From the NCBI GenBank assembly GCA_964462425.1, contig CAYWYD010000004.1, positions 12,173-76,172 of the forward strand: 64,000 nucleotides of DNA, written 5' to 3'. The position numbers and the translations under genes are program-made. Of this stretch, positions 18,851-28,290 are shown piece by piece (the first letter of the stretch is position 1; each line of letters opens with the position of its first letter). This DNA is from an uncultured Thermoplasmata archaeon (GTDB lineage: Archaea; Thermoplasmatota; Thermoplasmata; Halarchaeoplasmatales; Halarchaeoplasmataceae). The notes under the pieces were generated by a model. The model saw nothing but the letters and a program-made list of their open reading frames with translations, did not search any database and was not told where the DNA came from.

Positions 18851-20692
18851 TCATTCGATAAATCTCATCCTGAGCCTGTACTCGTTGTATTGCCGTTTCT
18901 TTTCTATATCGTATCCCATCTTTTCGAAAACACCCAGCATCTTTTTATTGTCGGCTAGCACTTCAGCAGTGAATCCGTACAGACCCTGACCCTTCGCTAT
19001 AACAGTAAGGTGTTCGAGAAGTGCAGTGCCTATACCCCGCCCCTGATATTCATCCCTCACCATCACCGAGACCTCCGCTACGTTCTGGCCTTCTTTGATC
19101 CTGTAATCCGCCTCAGCTACCATCCTGTCCGGACCTTCGATCTCAGGATCTATCACGACGATAGCCATCTCTTTATTATAATTTATCTGCACGAACTCTT
19201 GTCTTCTTTCATGCGGCATGTCTTTACGGGTGCTCATGAACCGCTTGTACCTGCTCTCGTCCGAGAGCGAGTAAAAGAGATCTTTCAATAATTCATCGTC
19301 CGTGGGCTTCATCGGTCTGAAAAGATATTCTTTACCCTCTATCTCTTTATAGTCCTCGTATTCATCGGGATACCTTCCTCCTTCTCCAGCAACCAACATC
19401 TGGTCTTCATAGACGAGATCGTGTTCTTTAGCTTCTTTCAGCAGCTTCTCCCTGAATTTCGGGTGGGCTATATTGATAAGCTCCATAGCGCGCTGCCTAA
19501 TGTTCTTTCCCTTGAGATAAGCCAAACCGTATTCCGTGACGATATACTCGACGTCTCCCCTAGTGGTCACCACACCGGCTCCTTCATCCAAGGAGGGTAC
19601 TATCCTAGAGACCTCGCCGTCCTGAGCCGTGGAAGACAATGCGATTATCGATTTCCCGTCTTCGGCGTAACCTGCGCCCCGCATGAAATCCGCGTGACCA
19701 CCGATCCCGCTGTAGAAACTGTAGCCGAGAGAATCTGCGCAGACCTGTCCAGTGAGATCTACCTGTAAAGCCGTGTTTATAGCGGTCATCTTGTAGTTCT
19801 TAGCGATAGTGAACGGATCATTCGTATAATCAGTAGGGTGAAGTTCGATCTCGGGGTTATCATCTACGAACTCATAAAGATCTTTGGTTCCCATCAAGAA
19901 AGATGCGATGTTCTTACCGGGGTTGATGCTCTTCTGTTTGTTCGTTATAGTCCCGTTCTGGATCAATTCCGCGAGATCCTCGGAAAGCATCTCCGTATGT
20001 ATGCCCAGATTTTCCTTTTCATCGAGATGAGATAGTAAAGCGTTGGGGATCTCCCCATAACCCACCTGAAGGGTGGCCCCGTCTTCTATCAAGGGACTAA
20101 CGTTTTCGGCTATCTTTTTTGCCTTCTCCGTAGGGACTATCGGATCGAATTCCAAAAGTTCCTCCTCGTGATGAACGATGTGATCCACATCGTCCACGTG
20201 GATAAAGGCGTCTCCGTGCACTCTCGGCATATTCGGGTTGACCTGAGCGATGACCATCTTAGAGTTCTGTACCGCAGCACGTATTATATCGACCGCGATC
20301 CCGAAACTCATCCACCCGTGTTTGTCCGGCGGCGAGACCTGTACAAGTGAGGCGTCGAGAGGTATCCTACCATTTTTGAAAAGTTTTGGAATATCTCTCA
20401 TAAATATAGGGGTGTAATCGGCCCTTCCTTTAGCGACCGCATCCCTGGTATTGTCGTCTACGAAAAAAGCGTTATGTCTGAAACGATCTTTGAATTTATC
20501 TTCCGTATAAGGCGCAACACCTAAAGTCTGGATGTGAAAAATCTCAGTATCATAAAATTGATCGGCAAGGCCCATAAGTTCTTTCACGAGATACTGGGGT
20601 TCGGACGCACCCGAACCTACAAAGATCCTATCTCCTCTCCCTATATTCTTCAATGCCTTTTCGGCCTCTACATAATCAACGTCATATGGCAT
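18851..20692 (-). CDS. acetyl-CoA hydrolase/transferase family protein fused to a C-terminal GNAT acetyltransferase domain
   Basis: The first roughly 430 aa match the Ach1/CoA-transferase family (GSGASEPQ..., ...SGIGGHADFMRGA..., EYIVTEYG). The C-terminal roughly 170 aa form a GNAT domain (VMVRDEYQGRGIGTALLEHL). Confidence 0.8.
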   Translation of the reverse strand: MPYDVDYVEAEKALKNIGRGDRIFVGSGASEPQYLVKELMGLADQFYDTEIFHIQTLGVAPYTEDKFKDRFRHNAFFVDDNTRDAVAKGRADYTPIFMRDIPKLFKNGRIPLDASLVQVSPPDKHGWMSFGIAVDIIRAAVQNSKMVIAQVNPNMPRVHGDAFIHVDDVDHIVHHEEELLEFDPIVPTEKAKKIAENVSPLIEDGATLQVGYGEIPNALLSHLDEKENLGIHTEMLSEDLAELIQNGTITNKQKSINPGKNIASFLMGTKDLYEFVDDNPEIELHPTDYTNDPFTIAKNYKMTAINTALQVDLTGQVCADSLGYSFYSGIGGHADFMRGAGYAEDGKSIIALSSTAQDGEVSRIVPSLDEGAGVVTTRGDVEYIVTEYGLAYLKGKNIRQRAMELINIAHPKFREKLLKEAKEHDLVYEDQMLVAGEGGRYPDEYEDYKEIEGKEYLFRPMKPTDDELLKDLFYSLSDESRYKRFMSTRKDMPHERRQEFVQINYNKEMAIVVIDPEIEGPDRMVAEADYRIKEGQNVAEVSVMVRDEYQGRGIGTALLEHLTVIAKGQGLYGFTAEVLADNKKMLGVFEKMGYDIEKKRQYNEYRLRMRFIE

Positions 20693-20744
20693 GATGATCC
20701 TCCCCGTAAATTCTATCGGATACCTTTAAAGGTTCCGTTGTATC

Positions 20745-21773
20745 TCATATCTCGATATCTAACCTAGGAGCTACCTCGTCTTTAATATTTTTGATCTTGA
20801 AGTCGTCTTCGATGGTGGTGATGGTCTCCATCTCTTCTATCCTTCTAGCGGCTTCGTAAGTATCCAAGGGTACCGATATCAAAGGTATATTTGCTCTATC
20901 GGCTCTCGATATTATATTGCTCGGCGGGATGATATCGTTTGTCAAAACTAGACCGGAGGTACCTTCATCCAGTGCAGCAAGGATTATATCGGTTCTGTCT
21001 CCACCGGTGACGATCAACTTTCGACTCTCCTGAAATGCTGGACTCCTCACCATCTCATCGGCGCTCATAGCCCCTACATAAATATTTTCGACTATATTAT
21101 CCAAACCGTCCTGTCCAGCCACGACTTTTCCGAAGAGCATGTCGCTTATAAAGCTCATCCTGGTGAGATCGAGGCTAGATATCTCCGGGATTATGCCGAG
21201 CACTTCTAGACCTAGGTCATCTATATCTTCGACGATGAAATCTTTCGCCTCTTCTACAGAATCGACGCGGTTCAAAACCACTCCCCGCAGGTCCGCCCCC
21301 ATCTTTTCGAAGTACTGTGTCGCGGTGGTCAGTTTGTCCAAGACCTCGGTATCGCTGTCCGAGGAGACGAGTATCACTTCAGAACCCGTCATCTTCGAAA
21401 GAGAGACGGGGTCGAGATTTATCGAAGAGCCGAATCCCCAGTGCTTCCCTGTTTCTATTATGAGACCTTCCTTCTCCTCGGATAGCTCTTCTATCCTCTC
21501 CTGGAGCTTTTTCTCTATGGTGTCTTTCTGGTAAGCGTATTTTATCTTAGAATGGTCGAACCCGATACAGAACTTTTCGTAATCTGTTTCCAGTGAAAGT
21601 ACCTTCTTGAACAATTTAGCGTCATAGTCAATGAGTCTCTTTTTCTTGTATATCGGCCTGTCACCGAAGGGTTTGAAATAACTTAGAGGGCTGTCTTCTC
21701 CAAGAGCTAATCCCAAACCGATAGTAGTTTTTCCCGCATCTTTTTCCGTCGAAGATATAATGAGATTTTTCAT
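20745..21773 (-). CDS. PtaN-like protein: CobQ/BioD-type P-loop domain + DRTGG domain (homologue of the phosphotransacetylase N-terminal regulatory region)
   Basis: P-loop SSTEKDAGKTTIGLGL. DRTGG signature LIVTGGDRTDIILAAL. Confidence 0.7.
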   Translation of the reverse strand: MKNLIISSTEKDAGKTTIGLGLALGEDSPLSYFKPFGDRPIYKKKRLIDYDAKLFKKVLSLETDYEKFCIGFDHSKIKYAYQKDTIEKKLQERIEELSEEKEGLIIETGKHWGFGSSINLDPVSLSKMTGSEVILVSSDSDTEVLDKLTTATQYFEKMGADLRGVVLNRVDSVEEAKDFIVEDIDDLGLEVLGIIPEISSLDLTRMSFISDMLFGKVVAGQDGLDNIVENIYVGAMSADEMVRSPAFQESRKLIVTGGDRTDIILAALDEGTSGLVLTNDIIPPSNIISRADRANIPLISVPLDTYEAARRIEEMETITTIEDDFKIKNIKDEVAPRLDIEI

Positions 21774-23956
21774 TTCATATCACCACTTTTAAGATTAATC
21801 GCAACGTCTACAGACTTACATCCCTTACCTTGATTTAGGGCTTTTATAGGATTTAAATCTATCTCGGAGATAGCATCTACTTGGTCCATCAGTAGAGAGG
21901 TTCTATGTACGGTTTCCGCTAGAGCGTCGAGATCCTTTCTTTTTTGGCCTCTAGCCCCGACCAAGACAGGGAAGGCGTTTATCTCTCCTATCATCCTCTT
22001 AGCTTCTCTACCAGTTATAGGCGCGACCCTGAATTCGACATCTTCCAATATCTCCACGTAAACTCCTCCCAGCCCGAACATCACAACCGGTCCAAATGAC
22101 CCGTCGGTGGTTCCTCCAATTATGACTTCCTCTCCCTCCTCGACCATCTCCGCCACCGAGATGCCTTTGATATGTGCGTTGGGATATTTGTTCCTGCAGT
22201 TCGAATATATCGCCTGATACGCGTCGATAACTTCCTCTTTATTTTGAAGATCAAGTGCGAGCCCTCCAGCATCGCTCTTGTGTACTATGTCTTCGGAAAC
22301 CACCTTTAAAACAACTGGATAGCCGATCTCTTCCGCGGTCTCGACACACTCCTCTAGACTGTGGACGACCTTTCCGTCAGCCATGGGGATACCCGCTAGG
22401 TCCAATATGCGCCTCGCTTCATCTTCCAAGAGAGTAGTTCTTCCTTCATCGATAATCGGTTCCAGTATATCCTTTATCCCCTCGAAGTCCATATCGTCGG
22501 GTATTTCGAGAGGCGGCATCTTTTCTCTTCTTTCTATAAATCTTTTTTTCCGGAAGAGAGCACCCATCGAACTTAGGGCGTCTTCAGTTTCGACAAAGGC
22601 GGGAACCTCGTTTTTGTGCAGGTACTCCACGCACTCGTCGACGAACTCACCGCCGCTGAAGGTGAAAACCATCGGTTTCTCTTCTTTATATTCCTGATGA
22701 AGTTCTTCCATGACCCGGGCGGTCTCCATGGGATCGGTTGTGCCAGTCTCGCAGTACAGCCCGATGACCGCGCCGACCTCGTCGCTCTCTAAAGCGGCTC
22801 TCATCGCCCTTTCGTACTCCTCTCTCCCCGCTTGTCCTGTAATATCTATCGGATTCTTTGTGGAGCCGAAAGGAGGTATACTGTCTTCAAAGGTCTCTTT
22901 CAAGAATGTTTGATCGTCTAAGAGTTTAACCCCATAGTCCTCAGCCGCGTCGGTGGCTAAAACACCTATGCCCCCGCCGTTAGTTATTATGACTGTTTTC
23001 TCATTCTGTGGAAGTGGTGTGCTGCTTAAAGTTCTAGACCAAGAGAAAGCTTCACGAAGATCGTTTGCTCGAAGAACACCTCCCTGTTTGAAGGCCGAGG
23101 AAAAGATTTTATCGCTGCCGGCTAAAGAACCGGTATGAGAAGCTACGGCGGTCGCCCCTTTCTCCGACCTTCCGGCTTTAAGAGCGACAACAGCCTTCTC
23201 TTTAGATATCTCTTTAACGGTCTCAAGGAACTCTCTGCCGTTATCCAAACCCTCCATATATATCATTATGACGTCGGTCAACGAGTCGTGGGCGAAGTAT
23301 TCGAGAAGGTCTATATCGTCGATGTCTGATTTGTTTCCAACGCTGACGATAGAAGAAAGTCCGAGATGCTGCTGAGAGGTCATCCCTATCATGGCGATAC
23401 CGAGAGCGCCGCTCTGGGAGATTAATGCTATGTTTCCTTTGCGGACGTCGGTAGGTCCGAAGGTAGCATTAAGCTCGTTACTACCCGAATATACACCGAA
23501 CACGTTGGGTCCAAGCAAGCGTATCCCGTGCTCTTCCGCTACCTCGACGAGTTCACGTTCCATCTTGTCCTCTCCGATCTCGGAAAAACCGGATGAAATT
23601 ATGATCGCATGCTCGATATCCTTCTCTCCGCATTTCTCCAAAACACCTTTAACGGCCTTAGCAGGCACGACGATGATCGCGAGGTCAACACCATCTGGAA
23701 TCTCATCGAGAGAAGTTTTAAACTCCATGCCTAGAGCTTCCCCGCCTTTGAGATTAACGGGATATATATCTCCCTCGTAGTCTGAATTTACTACGTTATG
23801 AAGAAGAGTGTGACCAACTTTTCCTTCTTTAGAAGAGGCACCGATTATAGCTATTGAACTCGGATTAAATAGACCCTCGAGAGGACGTTCTTGGGAAGAC
23901 ATCGAAAAGGATGAAAAAAGAGGTTGGTAATTAATTTTTCGTGAATTCGAACCCAT
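21770..23956 (-). CDS. ADP-forming acetyl-CoA synthetase / NDP-forming acyl-CoA synthetase (fused alpha-beta)
   Basis: CoA-binding domain (SIAIIGASSKEGKVGHTLLHNV), succinyl-CoA-ligase-like domain, and a C-terminal ATP-grasp domain (GYPVVLKVVSEDIVHKSDAGGLALD). The start may be the internal MSSQERPLEG. Confidence 0.85.
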   Translation of the reverse strand: MGSNSRKINYQPLFSSFSMSSQERPLEGLFNPSSIAIIGASSKEGKVGHTLLHNVVNSDYEGDIYPVNLKGGEALGMEFKTSLDEIPDGVDLAIIVVPAKAVKGVLEKCGEKDIEHAIIISSGFSEIGEDKMERELVEVAEEHGIRLLGPNVFGVYSGSNELNATFGPTDVRKGNIALISQSGALGIAMIGMTSQQHLGLSSIVSVGNKSDIDDIDLLEYFAHDSLTDVIMIYMEGLDNGREFLETVKEISKEKAVVALKAGRSEKGATAVASHTGSLAGSDKIFSSAFKQGGVLRANDLREAFSWSRTLSSTPLPQNEKTVIITNGGGIGVLATDAAEDYGVKLLDDQTFLKETFEDSIPPFGSTKNPIDITGQAGREEYERAMRAALESDEVGAVIGLYCETGTTDPMETARVMEELHQEYKEEKPMVFTFSGGEFVDECVEYLHKNEVPAFVETEDALSSMGALFRKKRFIERREKMPPLEIPDDMDFEGIKDILEPIIDEGRTTLLEDEARRILDLAGIPMADGKVVHSLEECVETAEEIGYPVVLKVVSEDIVHKSDAGGLALDLQNKEEVIDAYQAIYSNCRNKYPNAHIKGISVAEMVEEGEEVIIGGTTDGSFGPVVMFGLGGVYVEILEDVEFRVAPITGREAKRMIGEINAFPVLVGARGQKRKDLDALAETVHRTSLLMDQVDAISEIDLNPIKALNQGKGCKSVDVAINLKSGDMK

Positions 23957-23960
23957 CGGC

Positions 23961-25124
23961 TTATTCTTCTTCCAGTTTCTCCTCTAGTTCCTCTATCCTC
24001 TCTTTCAGTTCCTCTATCTCTTCTTCTTTTTCTTTTCTGGTCGGAGCCAACATGTCTTGGTAGCCTTCTTTGACGGAATCCAGCGCCTTCTCGATCATGC
24101 CCGTATAGTCTTCCTCTATTTTTTCCCTAAGTTCCTCGAACTTTTTCAACATCTCGGGTTTCTCTTTACCCATCTCTTTCCAGAAAGCCTCGTAAAGATG
24201 ATCGTGCTCTTCGAATCCTTTTGCCAATCGCTCTTCGATTTCCTCCGATATGGAGGACCACATCTCTTCCATACCTTCCATCTCTCCGGCGTGTTCGACC
24301 GCCATCGCCGTCAGTTCTTCGGTGAACTCCTCTTTGAACTCGTCCCATGTCTCGTAGACCATCTCTTCCCTGTCCTCCATGAAGGTCCTAGCATCTTCCA
24401 GTTCTTCCCTGATCTCTTCGACCATGTCGAACCAAAGAGGATATAGGTCCTTGAGGTCTTCGTTGGGATTCGCTATCATCCGACGACTTTTCTTCGAATG
24501 ATCCTTGATGATATCCAAGATATTGTCTTTCTTCAACTTCAGTTCTATCGGGATCTCGGAAAGGTGCAGGTTCATCTCTTTCATGAAGCCTTTCCACAGC
24601 TCATTCAACTTTTCAACTTCTTCCCGTGGTATGTTAGTGTCTTCCAACGCATCTATATTCTTTTGGAATTTTCTCGTCCTCTCTTTCCACATCTCCTCTA
24701 CGTCCTCCCAGTATTTTTGAGGAGATATCCTGAAATCCTTGAATCCTTTTTCTACTTCTTCCTGGAGATCTTCCCAGAATTCTTCCATGTCGGCCGTATC
24801 TCCCGAGGTGAAGGTCATCAGTAATTTCGAAGGAGAGAAAAGGTCTTCCATGGAACCTTTCTCTTCACCACTCTCTACCTCGCTCTTCTCTTCTTCATCG
24901 GCTTCTATCTCTTCCTGGATATCCTCCGAGATTATCTTCTCGGCCAGCTCATTTTTTGTCCACGTTGATTTTGCCTCGACACCGGCATCTTTTAAGAGTG
25001 CCAGCATCTCGTCTTTTAAAAATTCATCATCTAACGCTTCTTTAAGCCCATCTTCTTCTTTTTCCTCGTCATACGTGCTTATGAATCTCTTTCTCAATTT
25101 ATCTATATCTGTCATCAATACCAC
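23961..25124 (-). CDS. hypothetical highly acidic coiled-coil protein (387 aa)
   Basis: E/K/D-rich heptad-like sequence throughout (EEIEELKERIEELEEKLEEE at the C-terminus). No domain recognised. Only 4 bp upstream of the ACD gene. Confidence 0.55.
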   Translation of the reverse strand: MVLMTDIDKLRKRFISTYDEEKEEDGLKEALDDEFLKDEMLALLKDAGVEAKSTWTKNELAEKIISEDIQEEIEADEEEKSEVESGEEKGSMEDLFSPSKLLMTFTSGDTADMEEFWEDLQEEVEKGFKDFRISPQKYWEDVEEMWKERTRKFQKNIDALEDTNIPREEVEKLNELWKGFMKEMNLHLSEIPIELKLKKDNILDIIKDHSKKSRRMIANPNEDLKDLYPLWFDMVEEIREELEDARTFMEDREEMVYETWDEFKEEFTEELTAMAVEHAGEMEGMEEMWSSISEEIEERLAKGFEEHDHLYEAFWKEMGKEKPEMLKKFEELREKIEEDYTGMIEKALDSVKEGYQDMLAPTRKEKEEEIEELKERIEELEEKLEEE

Positions 25125-25182
25125 TCCTCTATCTGCTACATATGATGTAAAAGATGTTTAAATACTTTTTCAATAAGAAATC

Positions 25183-25620
25183 TTATTCCTCTTCGACAGG
25201 ACATTCCTCGTAGCTGCAGGAAGGGATCTCGTTTCCGTGTGGACAGGTAGGAGGTGCTCCCAACCTATCACATATCTCGTCCACCATCCCCGTGTCGAAG
25301 ATGTGTTCCAATTCACATGCTTTCTCGTGGATTTCTTCCTTCGGGATGGTAAAGAACTCGTCCAAAAATACTTCGAGGACTCTATGTGTCCTGACTATCC
25401 TTTTACCACCTTTCCTACCTTTCTCGGTCAGTTCCACGCCGTAATAGGGACGGTATTCTATGAGATCTTCTTCATCCAATTTTTGAAGTACTTCGGTGAC
25501 GGAAGGAGACGAGATGCCGAGATGTTCGGCTATCTGACCGGTCTTTATCTTGTCCTCTTCTCTATTTGAAGAGAGCTTGTAAAGGGTCTCTAGGTACTCC
25601 TCTTTGGTTTCTTTGTTCAT
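25183..25620 (-). CDS. DtxR/MntR-family metal-dependent transcriptional repressor
   Basis: N-terminal HTH (EEYLETLYKLS...IKTGQIAEHLGISSPSVTEVLQKLDEEDLIEY) plus metal-binding/dimerisation domain (LTEKG...RTHRVLEVFL). The start is set at internal MNKETKEE so the gene does not overlap the tRNA. Confidence 0.8.
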   Translation of the reverse strand: MNKETKEEYLETLYKLSSNREEDKIKTGQIAEHLGISSPSVTEVLQKLDEEDLIEYRPYYGVELTEKGRKGGKRIVRTHRVLEVFLDEFFTIPKEEIHEKACELEHIFDTGMVDEICDRLGAPPTCPHGNEIPSCSYEECPVEEE

Positions 25621-25680
25621 CGCGGCAGTAAAGAGGAAAGACGGGTTATTAATCGTTTTCCTTTCTGACAAAACAGAAGA

Positions 25681-25755
25681 TAGCGGGGAGTGGATTTGAA
25701 CCACTGATCTCCGGGTTATGAGCCCGACGGAATCTCCTGGCTATCCTACCCCGCT
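25681..25755 (-). tRNA. tRNA-Met (anticodon CAU), initiator-like
   Basis: Reverse complement AGCGGGGTAGGATAGCCAGGAGATTCCGTCGGGCTCATAACCCGGAGATCAGTGGTTCAAATCCACTCCCCGCTA folds as a cloverleaf. It has a 7-bp acceptor stem with an A1:U72 pair, a GGG:CCC anticodon stem with a CTCATAA loop, a TTCAAAT T-loop and discriminator A. No CCA is encoded. Confidence 0.8.
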
Positions 25756-25919
25756 GTCAAGAAACCACAACTTCTTTCTGGAATTCCCATACAATCATGT
25801 ATTTTATAAATCTTTCCTTTGGATTTAAGAGATGTTTCTGCGAAAGAAAGCACGGTTCCTCTCGCATCACAGTTATTCTCACGACCCAAAGCATATTTAG
25901 AAAAATACCATATTCTAAG

Positions 25920-26537
25920 ATGATGAAATTCGAATTAGACGATAGGTCTATCCTGCTCTCCTTCATCGCAGCTTTTATCTCTCTTACTATCTTAGTGATT
26001 TCAAGTTATGTAGCTGGAGTTGATCAACATATCCTTTCAGTGATATTCGAATCTTCCCAGGGGAGTCTTTTCGAGGTCATGAGATATGTTACATACCTGG
26101 GGGACGTACTTGTGGTATTACCCGGGGCGGGGATCGTAATGTATTACTTCTACCGATCAGAAGAGAGGTCACTTTCTATTTATTATGGAAGTATGGTAGT
26201 ATCTTCGCTGATCTTGTCTTGGGTGATAAAATATTTGGTCCGAAGATCTCGACCCGAGATGGGCCTGTCTCCTCCTACCATAGTTTACAGTTACCCGAGC
26301 GGGCATACTATAGGAGCTTTCATGTTGTTCGTAGGATTCTACGTCTTTTACTCGATGATATACAGGGGGAAGCATCGCTGGGATCTACTCTCAGTTTGTG
26401 TAGTGATCCCAATGGTTATCGGCCTTTCAAGGATGATACTGGGCCTTCATTACCTGACAGATATCCTCGGAAGTATCCTTCTTGGCGGAGCGATGGTGAC
26501 TTTGTTCAAGATCTTGGTAGAGCGCGAGCGGAAATGA
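25920..26537 (+). CDS. PAP2-superfamily membrane phosphatase
   Basis: PAP2 motifs KYLVRRSRP, SYPSGHT and SRMILGLHYLTD, with multiple TM helices. The start is set at internal MMKFELDD. Confidence 0.8.
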   Translation: MMKFELDDRSILLSFIAAFISLTILVISSYVAGVDQHILSVIFESSQGSLFEVMRYVTYLGDVLVVLPGAGIVMYYFYRSEERSLSIYYGSMVVSSLILSWVIKYLVRRSRPEMGLSPPTIVYSYPSGHTIGAFMLFVGFYVFYSMIYRGKHRWDLLSVCVVIPMVIGLSRMILGLHYLTDILGSILLGGAMVTLFKILVERERK

Positions 26538-26584
26538 GAATCATGGATAGGATATCCTCTTGATTTCTACAAAAAAGTCCAACT

Positions 26585-28288
26585 TTAGTCCCGCTTGAAC
26601 CATTTCTCCATATCTCTTTCCGTAAAACTGACGATGGTCGGTCTTCCATGAGGGCATGTGAAGGGATTCTCCGTTTTTCCCAGGTCCTCTAGAAGCTCTT
26701 TAGCCTTTGTTATCGAGAGTTGATCGCCCGCCGTAACCGACGAATGACAGGCCATGTACTTGATCATCTCCTCTCTCCTCTCGTCCAGGCTGTTCTCTTT
26801 CTGCTCTATAAGTTCGTCTAATATCGAATGCAGCACCTCTTTTTCCTGCACCTCTCCGAAAAGGACCGGGATACCTCTGATCCTGAAAGTCGTCTTACCG
26901 AAATGATCTAGGTCGAATCCCAGTTTCTCCAGCAGTTCCTCGTTCGCCCGCAGTACCGCGGCCTCCTTCGGCTGAAGTTCTACCGTCCGGGGAGAAACGA
27001 GCCGTTGACTGTCCACCTCGTCTTTCATTTTGCTTTTCAAGTCTTCATAATTTATCCTCTCGTGGGCCGCATGCTGATCGACGACCGCCATGCCCGTTGG
27101 AGTCTCTGCTATGATGTAAGTGTCCTTCAAGGTCCCGACCACCCTCATATGTGAGAGCTTGGATTCTTCCACTTCGCTCTCCTCGTCCATCTCCAACCTG
27201 GACTGGGTGGTCATGTCTTCTTTTTTCTCCTCTTTCTCTTCCTCGGCACTAGATACCGTTTCTTTCTTTTTCCCTTCTGCATTCCCGGAAGGTACGAGAT
27301 CTTCTTCGAGAAGAGCGGAATTGACAGCTTCAGAGATCTTTTCCCTCACATTCTCCTTTTCGAATAACCTGATCTTGATCTTTGTCGGGTGAACGTTGAC
27401 GTCTATCTTTTTTTGATCTATCTCGAGGTCGAGAAAAGCTAGCGGGTATCTCCCCTTCTTCAGCAGAGTATCGTATCCGTCGACGATGCCGTCTTTCAAA
27501 GCCTTATTCCTCACGTACCTCGAGTTGACGTAAGTGAATATATGCTTTCGATTCGACCGAGTGATCTCCGGTTTACTGACATAACCTTTGAGCTTGAAAC
27601 CTTCCTCTTCCTTCTCCACTTCCACCATCTTTTTGGCTATCTCTTTCCCGTAGATCGATTTTATATTCTCGAGCATAGAACCCGACTTGGGAACAAAAGT
27701 GAGTTCGTTCCCGTTATGCTCTAACGAAAATTGAACATCGGGATTCGCTATAGCATATCGAGTCACGACCTCGCTGATGTGGGCCAGTTCCGTATTAGTT
27801 TTCTTCAGATATTTTTTTCTAGCAGGTGTATTGTAAAAGAGGTCTTCGACTTTGATCGTAGTACCTACCGCGCAGCCGGTCTCTTCGACTTCCTGGGTGT
27901 CGCCTCCGTGAATAACAAACTGAGTTCCCTCCAGCTGATCCTCGGTTCTAGTCACCGTCATGACTTTTGAGACTGCGGCGATACTGGGAAGCGCTTCCCC
28001 TCTGAAACCCAGGCTCGAGAGATCGTCTAGATCTTCGATCTCGTCTATCTTGCTGGTCGCGTGTTTCTTAAAGGCAAGTTTTACTTCCTCTCTCTCCATC
28101 CCTCTCCCGTTATCGCTGACCTTTATCTTTTTCTTGCCCCCTTCTTCCACTTCGACTTTGATCTCGTCGGCCCCGGCATCTAGAGAATTTTCTATCAGCT
28201 CTTTGACCACTGAAGCCGGCCTCTCGATGACTTCGCCGGCAGCTATCTGGTTCACGGTATTTTCCGATAAGATCTTGATCCTGCTCAT
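26585..28288 (-). CDS. mutL: DNA mismatch repair protein MutL
   Basis: GHKL ATPase N-terminus MSRIKILSENTVNQIAAGEVIERPASVVKELIENSLDAGA. The C-terminal dimerisation domain carries endonuclease-like motifs. It starts 2 bp after the MutS stop codon. Confidence 0.9.
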   Translation of the reverse strand: MSRIKILSENTVNQIAAGEVIERPASVVKELIENSLDAGADEIKVEVEEGGKKKIKVSDNGRGMEREEVKLAFKKHATSKIDEIEDLDDLSSLGFRGEALPSIAAVSKVMTVTRTEDQLEGTQFVIHGGDTQEVEETGCAVGTTIKVEDLFYNTPARKKYLKKTNTELAHISEVVTRYAIANPDVQFSLEHNGNELTFVPKSGSMLENIKSIYGKEIAKKMVEVEKEEEGFKLKGYVSKPEITRSNRKHIFTYVNSRYVRNKALKDGIVDGYDTLLKKGRYPLAFLDLEIDQKKIDVNVHPTKIKIRLFEKENVREKISEAVNSALLEEDLVPSGNAEGKKKETVSSAEEEKEEKKEDMTTQSRLEMDEESEVEESKLSHMRVVGTLKDTYIIAETPTGMAVVDQHAAHERINYEDLKSKMKDEVDSQRLVSPRTVELQPKEAAVLRANEELLEKLGFDLDHFGKTTFRIRGIPVLFGEVQEKEVLHSILDELIEQKENSLDERREEMIKYMACHSSVTAGDQLSITKAKELLEDLGKTENPFTCPHGRPTIVSFTERDMEKWFKRD

Positions 28289-28290
28289 CT

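Noticed and set aside
24166-24597. Arg-rich small ORFs on the minus strand (24166..24348, 24388..24597) and plus-strand ORFs 24057..25161
   Set aside because: These are off-frame or antisense readings of the GA-rich acidic coiled-coil gene 23961..25124.
25620-25704. Longer N-terminal extension of the DtxR ORF (start at 25704)
   Set aside because: It would overlap the tRNA-Met gene at 25681-25755. The internal Met (MNKETKEE) gives a normal DtxR N-terminus.
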